From Gammaproteobacteria bacterium (GTDB lineage Bacteria; Pseudomonadota; Gammaproteobacteria; GCA-002705445; GCA-002716945), in NCBI GenBank assembly GCA_045561295.1, contig JBJKYD010000011.1, positions 1 to 36,962 on the forward strand: a DNA stretch of 36,962 bases, given 5' to 3'. The notes beneath the pieces are model-generated. The model was not told the origin of the DNA and searched no databases. It saw nothing but the letters and a program-made list of their open reading frames with translations. Below, one piece after another: positions 28,738 to 36,962 of this stretch; position 1 is the stretch's first letter; each line of letters begins with the position of its first letter. The position numbers and the translations under genes are program-made.

Positions 28738-30199
28738 GATATTTAAGTATAAGCTTTTCTGTAACTTTTGCAGATGAGATTACTCCAGGTACGCCAGCTC
28801 CCGGATGACTACCGGCCCCAACAAAATAAAGATTATCAAGTTCATTGGATTTATTAGAGTATCTAAAATATGCAGATTGTCTAAATATTGGCTGTATACC
28901 AAAACCACTACCTTTAAATGAATTTAAGTTAGACTCAAAGTAATCGGGTGTAACAAAGAATTTATTAATAATATTTTCTTTTAAATTAGGTAGTATTTTA
29001 TCAGACAATATACTTATTATATGCTCAGAGAACTCATCGCCTTTTTCATTCCAATTAATTGCGCTCTCATTATTAGCAACCGGAGCTAAGACATAAAAGG
29101 AGTCAGAATCATTTTGTATATTTTTTTTATCAGTTGCAGCAGGCCTATGAAGATATAAACTTGGATCAGTTATATATACTTTTCTATCAAAGATGTCATC
29201 TAGTAAATCCTTATGTCTCTTGTTAAATATTATTGTATGGTGCTTTACATCATTATATTGTTTTTTAGTTGAAAAATATAAAACAAATAATCCCATAGAA
29301 TGCTTCAACATAAATGGTTTGTTAAATATTTTTTTTGGAGCTCTTTTTAAGATTGACTGATAAAAATAGGATGGATCAGCATTACTGACAACTAAATCTG
29401 CTTGGAAAATTCTCTTATTAGTAATAACTTTTTTGATATTATTATTTTGCTGCTCTATATTTAATACTTCACAATTAGTTTCAAAATTAATATCTTTTTT
29501 TCTAAATAATTTCTCAAAGCCACTCACAATCGAGCGGGTCCCACCCTCCGCATAGTACACTCCCCACTTCCACTCAAGGTATTGAATTAGGAGGTATATT
29601 GATGTTGTTGTATAAGGATTACCTCCGACTAAGAGCGGGTGCATACTTAAAGCTTTAATAAGATTAGGATTATCTAAAAACTTTTTTACAGATGAGTGTA
29701 CTGATTTATAAAATTGTATCTTAAGTAGTTCTGGTATGTATGGAGTCATGCTATTAATGGATTCAAATGGATAGTCAGATAATTTTAGATATGCAGTATT
29801 GAATATTCTTTTTGAATGCTTAAGAAGCTTAATATAGCCATGTGCATCCTTTCTAGAATACTTAGTTCCGATTTCACTAAGCATCCTTTTTAATGATGAT
29901 CCATAATCAAAGTAAGTATCATCATGAAATAAAAATCTATAAAAAGGTTCAACCTTTAGGAGATTAAAGTAATCCCTAGAATTTTCACCTAGCAGCTCAT
30001 ATAGCTCATTAATAAGATAGGGTGCTGTTATAACAGTAGGACCAGCATCATAATCAAAACCATTATGGCTAAGCGTTCTAGCTCTACCTCCCAGATTTGT
30101 TTGCTTCTCTAGTACAGTGACTTCGTACTCTATTGCCCTCAGTCTACAGGCAATAGCAAGTCCGCCAAAGCCTGAGCCTATAACAATTGCTTTTTTCAT
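28730..30199 (-). CDS. crtI: Phytoene desaturase
   Basis: VIGSGFGGLA, GGRA, DAGPTVIT, LLVGGNP, SLYLHRP and GAGSHPGAGVPGV. Confidence 0.94.
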   Translation of the reverse strand: MKKAIVIGSGFGGLAIACRLRAIEYEVTVLEKQTNLGGRARTLSHNGFDYDAGPTVITAPYLINELYELLGENSRDYFNLLKVEPFYRFLFHDDTYFDYGSSLKRMLSEIGTKYSRKDAHGYIKLLKHSKRIFNTAYLKLSDYPFESINSMTPYIPELLKIQFYKSVHSSVKKFLDNPNLIKALSMHPLLVGGNPYTTTSIYLLIQYLEWKWGVYYAEGGTRSIVSGFEKLFRKKDINFETNCEVLNIEQQNNNIKKVITNKRIFQADLVVSNADPSYFYQSILKRAPKKIFNKPFMLKHSMGLFVLYFSTKKQYNDVKHHTIIFNKRHKDLLDDIFDRKVYITDPSLYLHRPAATDKKNIQNDSDSFYVLAPVANNESAINWNEKGDEFSEHIISILSDKILPNLKENIINKFFVTPDYFESNLNSFKGSGFGIQPIFRQSAYFRYSNKSNELDNLYFVGAGSHPGAGVPGVISSAKVTEKLILKYHG

Positions 30200-30209
30200 T
30201 TAGATATTA

Positions 30210-30235
30210 TACAGGGAGCGCAAGCGCTCCCTGTA
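30210..30235 (-). terminator. Perfect inverted repeat downstream of proteorhodopsin (terminator or stabilising hairpin)
   Basis: TACAGGGAGCG-CTTG-CGCTCCCTGTA on the transcribed strand: 11-bp stem with a G(CUUG)C tetraloop. Confidence 0.75.
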
Positions 30236-30254
30236 CATATTTGTAGTTTTATTT

Positions 30255-31016
30255 TTAAGCTGTTTCTTGAGAATCTGCTACCGCAGCTGCCCAGATAAAT
30301 ACACCAAATGCGATTTTGTTTACAAAATCAGCTAAGTTGTATACTAAGTTTAAGCTGGCTGCGTCTACTGCGCCCATTAGATATCCGAATAGGTATCCAA
30401 GAGGATAGATCGCCCAACCAACTAATACAACCATACGACATGCGCTGAATGCCATTTGTGCACCTACGCTTCCGCATGAAATACTTTTTTGTGATGCTTC
30501 ACCCATAAATATTTCATATAGAATGTATATCCAGCCCGCCATCCCGATGATGAATCCAAGCATAGCGTTGATAACCCCCGCTTCACCTAAATATCCACCT
30601 ATAAGCATGACTAATGTTCCTACTAACAGTCTGTTGAATACGCCTACGCTAACTGTAGTTACAGCTGCAAGTATTAAGTAGAATTCAATCATTTGTAGTG
30701 GGACAGTTAATATCCAATCAATATATCTGAATACTGTTGGTGATTCTCCTGTGCTTACCCATACATCTCTCATATAGAAATAATGTACTGCAGCAATAAG
30801 TGTAACCAATGATATTACAGATAACGATGTCTGCCATTTAGCTGAAACTCGTGATCTTTCTGCATAAAAGAACACTGTAGCTGCAACCATGGAAATTGAA
30901 ATTATCCAGAATGTAACCCCCACAAAATCATTCGCTTGTAGATCTCCAGCTAACGCAATTGATGGCATGGAAACTACGAATAATAATGAGAATACATAAG
31001 ACATAATATTCCTCAT
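30255..31016 (-). CDS. Proteorhodopsin, blue-absorbing type (DTE proton pump, Gln at the 105-equivalent position)
   Basis: Signal peptide plus 7 TM helices. RYIDWILTVPLQMIEF (D97/T101/Q105/E108 equivalents), AAVHY (H75) and retinal-binding NLADFVNK. AAGGAG SD. Confidence 0.96.
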   Translation of the reverse strand: MRNIMSYVFSLLFVVSMPSIALAGDLQANDFVGVTFWIISISMVAATVFFYAERSRVSAKWQTSLSVISLVTLIAAVHYFYMRDVWVSTGESPTVFRYIDWILTVPLQMIEFYLILAAVTTVSVGVFNRLLVGTLVMLIGGYLGEAGVINAMLGFIIGMAGWIYILYEIFMGEASQKSISCGSVGAQMAFSACRMVVLVGWAIYPLGYLFGYLMGAVDAASLNLVYNLADFVNKIAFGVFIWAAAVADSQETA

Positions 31017-31103
31017 AATTCACTCCTTGTTTTATTAATATTAATAATAGTAATCATTCTAAACAAAAAGTAAGGTTTTTAAAATATCTAAATTAATAAA
31101 TGT

Positions 31104-31120
31104 TGCATGAATTTGGTGCA
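31104..31120. promoter_or_regulatory. NtrC-box-like 17-mer upstream of the proteorhodopsin gene
   Basis: TGCATGAATTTGGTGCA (minus strand TGCACCAAATTCATGCA), 12 of 14 informative positions of TGCACCA-N3-TGGTGCA. Confidence 0.45.
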
Positions 31121-31122
31121 AA

Positions 31123-31395
31123 TTAGATAGAAACACCTTGATATTGATGAATTGTTATCGTTGGCATACTTAATAGTGCTAATAATATTGGTGAGGTGAG
31201 AATACCTATCACACCAAAAAGAATTCCAATAAGGCCAGCAGCATACTCTTTTTGTAGACATGCGAGTAATCCTAAGATAAGGGCAAGTGGGCTAAATAAT
31301 GGAGAAAGGATAAACACCCCAATGAATCCAAAAATAATACTTAAAGAGCCATAGATCGATGAAGACTGTTTAACAATGATTTTATTTTCAGTCAT
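31123..31395 (-). CDS. Small Gly-rich membrane protein (about 3 TM segments)
   Basis: 90 aa, with YGSLSIIFG...SPLALILG...AAGLIG pattern. Start abuts the upstream stop codon. Confidence 0.7.
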   Translation of the reverse strand: MTENKIIVKQSSSIYGSLSIIFGFIGVFILSPLFSPLALILGLLACLQKEYAAGLIGILFGVIGILTSPILLALLSMPTITIHQYQGVSI

Positions 31396-31614
31396 TTATT
31401 TATAATGCTCTCTTCTTTGCGAAAAGACTTTTACACGTTCTCTCCATTTTTTATATGCTCCAAAAGAAATATTTTGTTTCATTATTCTTTTTATCATATC
31501 AGTGTCTATTCCATATAAATCTCTAATGCTATCAAAACTTACATCATCAGACAGGGCCATATAAATAATTTCTCCTATCTCTTTATCAGTAAGTTTTATT
31601 TTTTTATTTGTCAT
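31396..31614 (-). CDS. TIGR03643/DUF2805 family protein
   Basis: IIYMALSDDVSFDSI...YG...IMK...YKKWRERV matches the family pattern as recalled. Confidence 0.75.
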   Translation of the reverse strand: MTNKKIKLTDKEIGEIIYMALSDDVSFDSIRDLYGIDTDMIKRIMKQNISFGAYKKWRERVKVFSQRREHYK

Positions 31615-31626
31615 GTCAAAATAAAA

Positions 31627-32073
31627 TTAAAGCGTTCCTTCTAGAATATATTTTAGTATCTTAACAGCCTGATTTTGATCTTTAGTAACTGCGCATGCTG
31701 CCGCATCAACTTCTTTCAAAGGATGCTGATGATCATCGCTATGTATAACTATAATTGATTTGTTTAAAGCTGAGGCGTAGCCAGCATCAAATGCAGCATT
31801 CCATTGTTTGTACTTTTCACCAAACTTTACAATAACTACATCGCTACCTTCTATAGATTTTTTAGTCCTTATAGAATTAATGTTAGCTCCCTTATTATCT
31901 TTCCAGAAATTATTTTCTTCTGCACCAAGTATTTCAACTCCGCAGTTATCTGATAATTCATGATTCGTAACAGGTGATGTAAAATTAATATCTAAGCCTT
32001 CTTGCTTACACTGCCCAATAATTTCATCTCTCCAGTCTGTGTGTATCTCTCCAGATAAATATACATTTAGCAT
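31627..32073 (-). CDS. ytoQ: YtoQ family protein (nucleoside 2-deoxyribosyltransferase-like fold)
   Basis: VYLSGEIHTDWR, FGEKYKQWNAAFDAGYA and HPLKEVD. AAGGAG SD before ATG 32073, so the 32163 start is too long. Confidence 0.85.
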   Translation of the reverse strand: MLNVYLSGEIHTDWRDEIIGQCKQEGLDINFTSPVTNHELSDNCGVEILGAEENNFWKDNKGANINSIRTKKSIEGSDVVIVKFGEKYKQWNAAFDAGYASALNKSIIVIHSDDHQHPLKEVDAAACAVTKDQNQAVKILKYILEGTL

Positions 32074-32164
32074 TCTTTTCTCCTTATTAATGCAAGTTAT
32101 TATATAATAATTACTAATTTTTTTTAAAATGATTCGAGAATAATTCAAAATATAAAGAGACAAA

Positions 32165-32860
32165 ATGGATAGACAAATAATTGCTATTGGCGGTGGAGGT
32201 TTTGGGAGACACCCAGGAGTTGGAACAATTGAAAAATATATATTGCAACAATCAGATAAAGAAAAACCTAATATATGCTTTATACCTACAGCAACAGGCG
32301 ATAGTGATTCATATAAAGTGAGTTATTACGCAACGCTAAACAAATTAAATTGTAATCCAACTCATTTAGATTTTTTTAAAAGAACACCCAATTTAGAAGA
32401 GTTAATTAAAAATCAAGATATCGTTTTTGTTGGTGGAGGTAATACGAAAAGTATGTTGTCAGTTTGGAAGGAATGGGGCTTAGATACTATCTTAAAAAAG
32501 GCATATTTAGAAGGTACTATAATGAGCGGTGTAAGTGCTGGTGCGATATGTTGGTTTGAAAAAGGAGTTACAGACTCTTGGGCAGATGAATTAAATGTAA
32601 TGGAATGTTTAAGTTTTACAAAAGGAAATTGTTGTCCTCACTATGATGAGGAATCTGAGAGAAAACCATCTTTATCACAATTTATTAATGAGGATCTATT
32701 AAGAGATTGTTATGCAATAGATGGTGGATGTGCACTGCATGTAAAAAATGATGAACTATACAAAGCTATATCATTTGTGGATGATAAGAATTCATTTTTA
32801 GTTAAAAAAGAAAATGGAGAGATTAAAGAAGAGCCATTACCCAGAATTAGTATTTCTTAG
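32165..32860 (+). CDS. Peptidase E (S51) family protein
   Basis: IGGGG, FIPTATGD, VGGGNT, GVSAGA nucleophile motif and CPHYDEE. Confidence 0.87.
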   Translation: MDRQIIAIGGGGFGRHPGVGTIEKYILQQSDKEKPNICFIPTATGDSDSYKVSYYATLNKLNCNPTHLDFFKRTPNLEELIKNQDIVFVGGGNTKSMLSVWKEWGLDTILKKAYLEGTIMSGVSAGAICWFEKGVTDSWADELNVMECLSFTKGNCCPHYDEESERKPSLSQFINEDLLRDCYAIDGGCALHVKNDELYKAISFVDDKNSFLVKKENGEIKEEPLPRISIS

Positions 32861-33008
32861 TATTATTATCATTTCTATCTTTGCCAAACTTATCTGATGC
32901 TGTACTATGACATCTCATATTGACGTCATGGAACTTAAAGATCGTTTAAATAAATTTTTATTTTTGAATAAGAAATGCGTCAAAAAATAAATCACAACTC
33001 AAAGCATA

Positions 33009-34502
33009 ATGATTAAGACAAAAGACTTAGGAATCTCATTTTCAGGACAAAAGGTATTTAGTGATGTAAATGTCATAATTAATAAAAAAGAAAAAATAGG
33101 TTTTATTGGTAGAAATGGAAGTGGTAAGAGTACATTTTTAAAAATCATCATCGGAAGGCTTGAACAAGACGATGGTGAAGTAATTATGCCTAAAGGATAT
33201 AAAATAGGTTATCTTGATCAGCATATTAAATTTACTCATAAGAGTGTAGTCGATGAAGTATGCAGTGTATTAAGTGGTGATAGGGAATATGAAATATGGA
33301 AAGGAGAGTCCATACTAACAGGGTTAGGTTTCACAGATGAAGAAATGTCAAAAGATCCAGAAGGCTTTTCTGGGGGAAATCAGGTAAAAATAAACTTGGC
33401 GAAGCTTTTACTAGAAGAGCCAGATATGTTGCTTTTAGATGAGCCGACAAACTATCTCGATATACATTCAATTAAGTGGCTTAAAAATTTTCTCAATGAC
33501 TGGAGAGGAGAATTAATACTTGTAACTCATGATAGAAGCTTCATGAATAATGTTATTAGCCACACACTTAACATACATAGAGGTGAATTTAGAAAAACAT
33601 CTGGAACAACAGAAAAAGTATTAGATAAAATAATTGCAGAAGAAGAAATTTATAATAAGACTGCTGAGAATGAAGCCAAGAAAAGAGAAAAAACCGAAGC
33701 ATGGATTAATAGATTTAAATCTAAAGCAAGTATGGCAACACGAGCTCAATCTAAAATTAAGATGCTTGAAAAGACAGAGAAAAAAGAAAAGTTGTCGGCC
33801 ATCATTAATCTAGATTTCAAATTTAATTATGAGCCTTATAATAGTAAAGAGAATTTAATCAATTCTAGTAAACTTGAATTTTTTTATGATGAGGGAAAAC
33901 CACTTATTAAAAAATTATCATTCAGCATTAAAAGCAATGATAAAATTTGCATCATAGGCAAGAATGGAAAAGGCAAATCAACTTTGCTTAAACTTATTAC
34001 CGGTGACCTTAAACCAATAAGCGGATATTCAAATGCGCACAGTAAAACTAAAATAGGCTACTTTGGGCAAATGAATATAGATAGACTAGACCCTAAAAAT
34101 AGCATCTATAAGGAGCTTCAAAAATGTGTCCCTGACATGCCTGAGACAAAGGTACGTAGTATTTGTGCAAATATGATGTTTCAAGATAGTTTATCGAATA
34201 AGAAAATAGATGTTTTATCAGGTGGCGAGAAAAGTAGAGTCATGCTTGGTAAAATATTAATAAACCCCGCTAACTTACTTTTGCTGGACGAGCCAACCAA
34301 TCATCTCGACTTAGATTCATGTGATTCATTGCTAGCGGCTATTAAAGATTTTGATGGAGCAGTGTTGATGGTTACTCATGATGAATATTTTCTTCGAGAA
34401 GTAGCTAATAAGTTAATCGTATTTGATGATGACAGAGTTAGTGTTTTCGAGGGCACATACGATGATTTTCTAGAAAAAGTTGGCTGGACTGATGAGTATT
34501 AA
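33009..34502 (+). CDS. ABC-F family ribosome-associated ATPase
   Basis: Two ABC domains (GRNGSGKS / FSGG / LLLDEPTNYLD and GKNGKGKS / LSGGE / LLLDEPTNHLD) joined by a helical linker, with no TM segments. Confidence 0.92.
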   Translation: MIKTKDLGISFSGQKVFSDVNVIINKKEKIGFIGRNGSGKSTFLKIIIGRLEQDDGEVIMPKGYKIGYLDQHIKFTHKSVVDEVCSVLSGDREYEIWKGESILTGLGFTDEEMSKDPEGFSGGNQVKINLAKLLLEEPDMLLLDEPTNYLDIHSIKWLKNFLNDWRGELILVTHDRSFMNNVISHTLNIHRGEFRKTSGTTEKVLDKIIAEEEIYNKTAENEAKKREKTEAWINRFKSKASMATRAQSKIKMLEKTEKKEKLSAIINLDFKFNYEPYNSKENLINSSKLEFFYDEGKPLIKKLSFSIKSNDKICIIGKNGKGKSTLLKLITGDLKPISGYSNAHSKTKIGYFGQMNIDRLDPKNSIYKELQKCVPDMPETKVRSICANMMFQDSLSNKKIDVLSGGEKSRVMLGKILINPANLLLLDEPTNHLDLDSCDSLLAAIKDFDGAVLMVTHDEYFLREVANKLIVFDDDRVSVFEGTYDDFLEKVGWTDEY

Positions 34503-34524
34503 TTTACTCTAAATTTAATACTTC

Positions 34525-34809
34525 TTATGAAGCTTCGGGAGCGGGTCTATAAAGTACAGTTATAAAACCTATGCGATGAATTATGTCAGCATTAAGTTTT
34601 TCTTTAATCTTCAAACAGTATTCAGTGCGTTCATCTTTATCAGAACCTTTCGCGCGAACTTTGATTAGTTCATGGGCATTAAGTGCAATATCAATCTCAT
34701 TAATAACTGCATCAGTAAGACCATTTTGACCTATCATAATAATTGGCTTTAATGCATAGGCTTTTTTCTTTAATTCTTTTCTTTTGTTATTAGAAATATT
34801 CTTCTTCAT
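34525..34809 (-). CDS. yhbY: CRM-domain RNA-binding protein YhbY
   Basis: LKPIIMIGQNGLT, AHELIKV and IG...VLYR. Confidence 0.9.
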   Translation of the reverse strand: MKKNISNNKRKELKKKAYALKPIIMIGQNGLTDAVINEIDIALNAHELIKVRAKGSDKDERTEYCLKIKEKLNADIIHRIGFITVLYRPAPEAS

Positions 34810-34906
34810 AGTTGTTAAAACATAATATCTTTTGGATTATCACAATCTACATACATCTTTAATTCATTAAACATACTGTTTTATATTTTATCATGTTCAT
34901 TGAAAC

Positions 34907-36720
34907 TCATTCCACTGTGACTGATTTTGCTAGGTTTCTAGGCTTGTCTACATCAGTTTTTTTCCTAAGTGCTACATGATAGCTCAGGAGTTGTGCTGGT
35001 ATAATATATAAGATTGGCGCAATTAAATCAGGACAGTCTGGCATTTTGATGATTTCTACTTTTTTATTTTTCTTAGGAATTTTCTTATTAGTGAAAATAA
35101 ATGTTTGGCCTTGCCTTGCTTCTACTTCAGCTAGATTTGATAACACAAGTCTCGCTAAGTGATTGTCTGGCAGAAAACACACAACAGGCATTTTTTTATC
35201 TACAAGCGCTAACGGTCCATGCTTAAGTTCTCCTGAATGGTAAGCCGATGCGTGTATGTAAGATATTTCTTTTAATTTAAGAGCCGCTTCCAAAGCTATA
35301 GGATACGAAGTTCCTTTGCCTAAAAATATAGTGTGCTCTTTATTTTTAAACTTTGTTGAGATTTTTTTAATGTCCGTTTCTAGTTTGTAAAGGCTATCAA
35401 TTATTTCACTGATTTTGTAGATGTCTTTGACCATACGACTTTCTATATTTCCAAATTTTCTTGAGATAACGATAGTAAGTAATAAGAGAGTAAATAATTG
35501 TGATGTAAATGCTTTGGTTGAAGCTACACTTATTTCAGGGCCAGCATTCATCAAAAACACAAGTTTTGATAAGCGAGTTAATGTGCTTTCTGCTACATTG
35601 CATATTGCCAATGTGTTTGAATACTTAAGCTTTAGTGCTTTTTTCAAAGATGAAATTGTATCAGCTGTTTCACCTGATTGTGAAATGCTCACGAATAAAG
35701 TTTTAGGCAGGACATTAATTTTTTTATACTTATACTCACTGGCAACTTCCGCTGTACAAGTAATAGTTGTATATTCTTCTATCCAGTCTTTGGCTACTAA
35801 AGATGCATGATAACTGGTGCCACAAGCAACAAAATGAATGTGATCGATATTTTCAAGAATTTTATCTGTACCCGGTCCAAAGATATTTGGTAATATTTTA
35901 TTAGTGCCCACATAGCGACTTGTCATTTCTTTTAGAATAGGTTTCTGCTCATATATCTCTTTGTGCATAAAGTGCTTATGCCCAGAAAGAGATGACTGTT
36001 CTGAATTCATTTTGGACGTTTTAACCTTCTTGCTGATTATTTTTCTATTAGCATTAAAAATTGATATCTTTGAAGGTGTTATCTTAGCAAATTCATTATC
36101 ATCCAATGGAATGTAATGTTTTGTATCAGAAAGTATAGGCGTGATATCAGATGCTATAAAGTTCTCGTTTACGCCTTTGCCTATGATGAGCGGGCTTCCT
36201 TTGCATGCAGCAAATATTGTGTTTGCGTAGTTAGTATTAATACATCCTATCGCATAACTTCCTTTCAAAATTTTTGTTGAAGAAATAATAGACGATTCCA
36301 TGTTTTTAGTTTTTTTATAATTCATATGAATAAGGTGCGATATAACCTCTGAATCTGTATCACTTTTAAATGAATATCCTTTTTTCTTGAGCAAAGATTT
36401 TAGTTCAATATAATTTTCAATAATACCGTTATGAACAATGCTTATATTTTCTGATAAATGTGGGTGTGTGTTTTTCAAAATTGCCTCACCATGTGTTGCC
36501 CATCGTGTATGTGCTATACCAGTTGTAATTCTAGTTAATGATGTTAGCTTTGTTCTAAGATTCTTTATAGGGCCTGTGGCTTTGATTGTACTTAGTTTTG
36601 ATGAAATATCAGATCCTGAAATGCCAGATGAGTCATATCCTCTGTACTCTAGCTTCATAAGACCCTGATATAGTTTATTTCTAGTGCTTTTGGTTGAAGC
36701 AATTCCAAATATTCCACACA

Positions 36721-36721
<1 letters not shown>
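34907..36721 (-). CDS. glmS: Glutamine--fructose-6-phosphate aminotransferase
   Basis: MCGIFG, LEYRGYDS, HTRWATHG, HNGIIEN, SQSGETADT, LKLKEISY, ELKHGP and PRNLAKSVTVE. Confidence 0.97.

Positions 36722-36962
<241 letters not shown>

Noticed and set aside
30520-30570. Carotenoid-antenna fenestration in the proteorhodopsin
   Set aside because: By-eye alignment of helix E (LGFIIGMAGW) places Phe, not Gly, at the xanthorhodopsin G156-equivalent position.
31032-31047. Perfect 16-bp palindrome TTATTAATATTAATAA in the proteorhodopsin leader
   Set aside because: It is A/T-only and low-complexity in a very AT-rich spacer, so it cannot be distinguished from chance.
31017-31122. Sigma54 promoter for the proteorhodopsin gene
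   Set aside because: No GG-N10-GC on the minus strand. The TTGCAC...TGC element lacks GG and has the wrong spacing.
260-36668. Short antisense or nested ORFs in the track (for example 260-454, 2241-2423, 5010-5195, 6648-6878, 7615-7983, 9143-9325, 9530-9739, 11897-12397, 13108-13320, 14056-14385, 15523-15927, 21119-21334, 22102-22296, 22854-23126, 24418-24901, 27977-28195, 35421-35810, 36438-36668)
   Set aside because: They lie wholly or mostly within well-supported genes, have no recognisable motifs and are best explained as shadow ORFs.

Overview
AT-rich (about 30% GC by eye), gene-dense chromosomal segment with very short intergenic spaces. It most plausibly comes from a streamlined marine gammaproteobacterium, inferred from the synteny blocks thiS-thiG-trmB, GlyRS-gmhB-plsC, glnA-ntrB-ntrC, arsR-yibN-secB-gpsA/ctpA and glmU-glmS. 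It carries about 42 CDSs, one tRNA-Thr(CGT) and a blue-tuned proteorhodopsin gene followed by crtI-crtB-crtY-blh (no crtE or idi). No CRISPR array, prophage, integrase or IS element was seen. Main observations: (1) a 17-bp NtrC-type box and a Fur-like box upstream of the proteorhodopsin gene, in a window that also encodes NtrBC and a sigma54/NtrC-enhancer glnA promoter, suggesting nutrient-controlled phototrophy; (2) a glutamine synthetase with Phe in place of the adenylylation Tyr; (3) an alpha2-type GlyRS in the usual glyQ-glyS slot; (4) an 18-bp bidirectional leaderless promoter and several other leaderless-looking genes; (5) a SulP gene with no canonical start codon for its conserved N-terminus; (6) an rmlA split at an A8 tract; (7) two unannotated small membrane-peptide ORFs. 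All regulatory calls are motif inferences made by eye.
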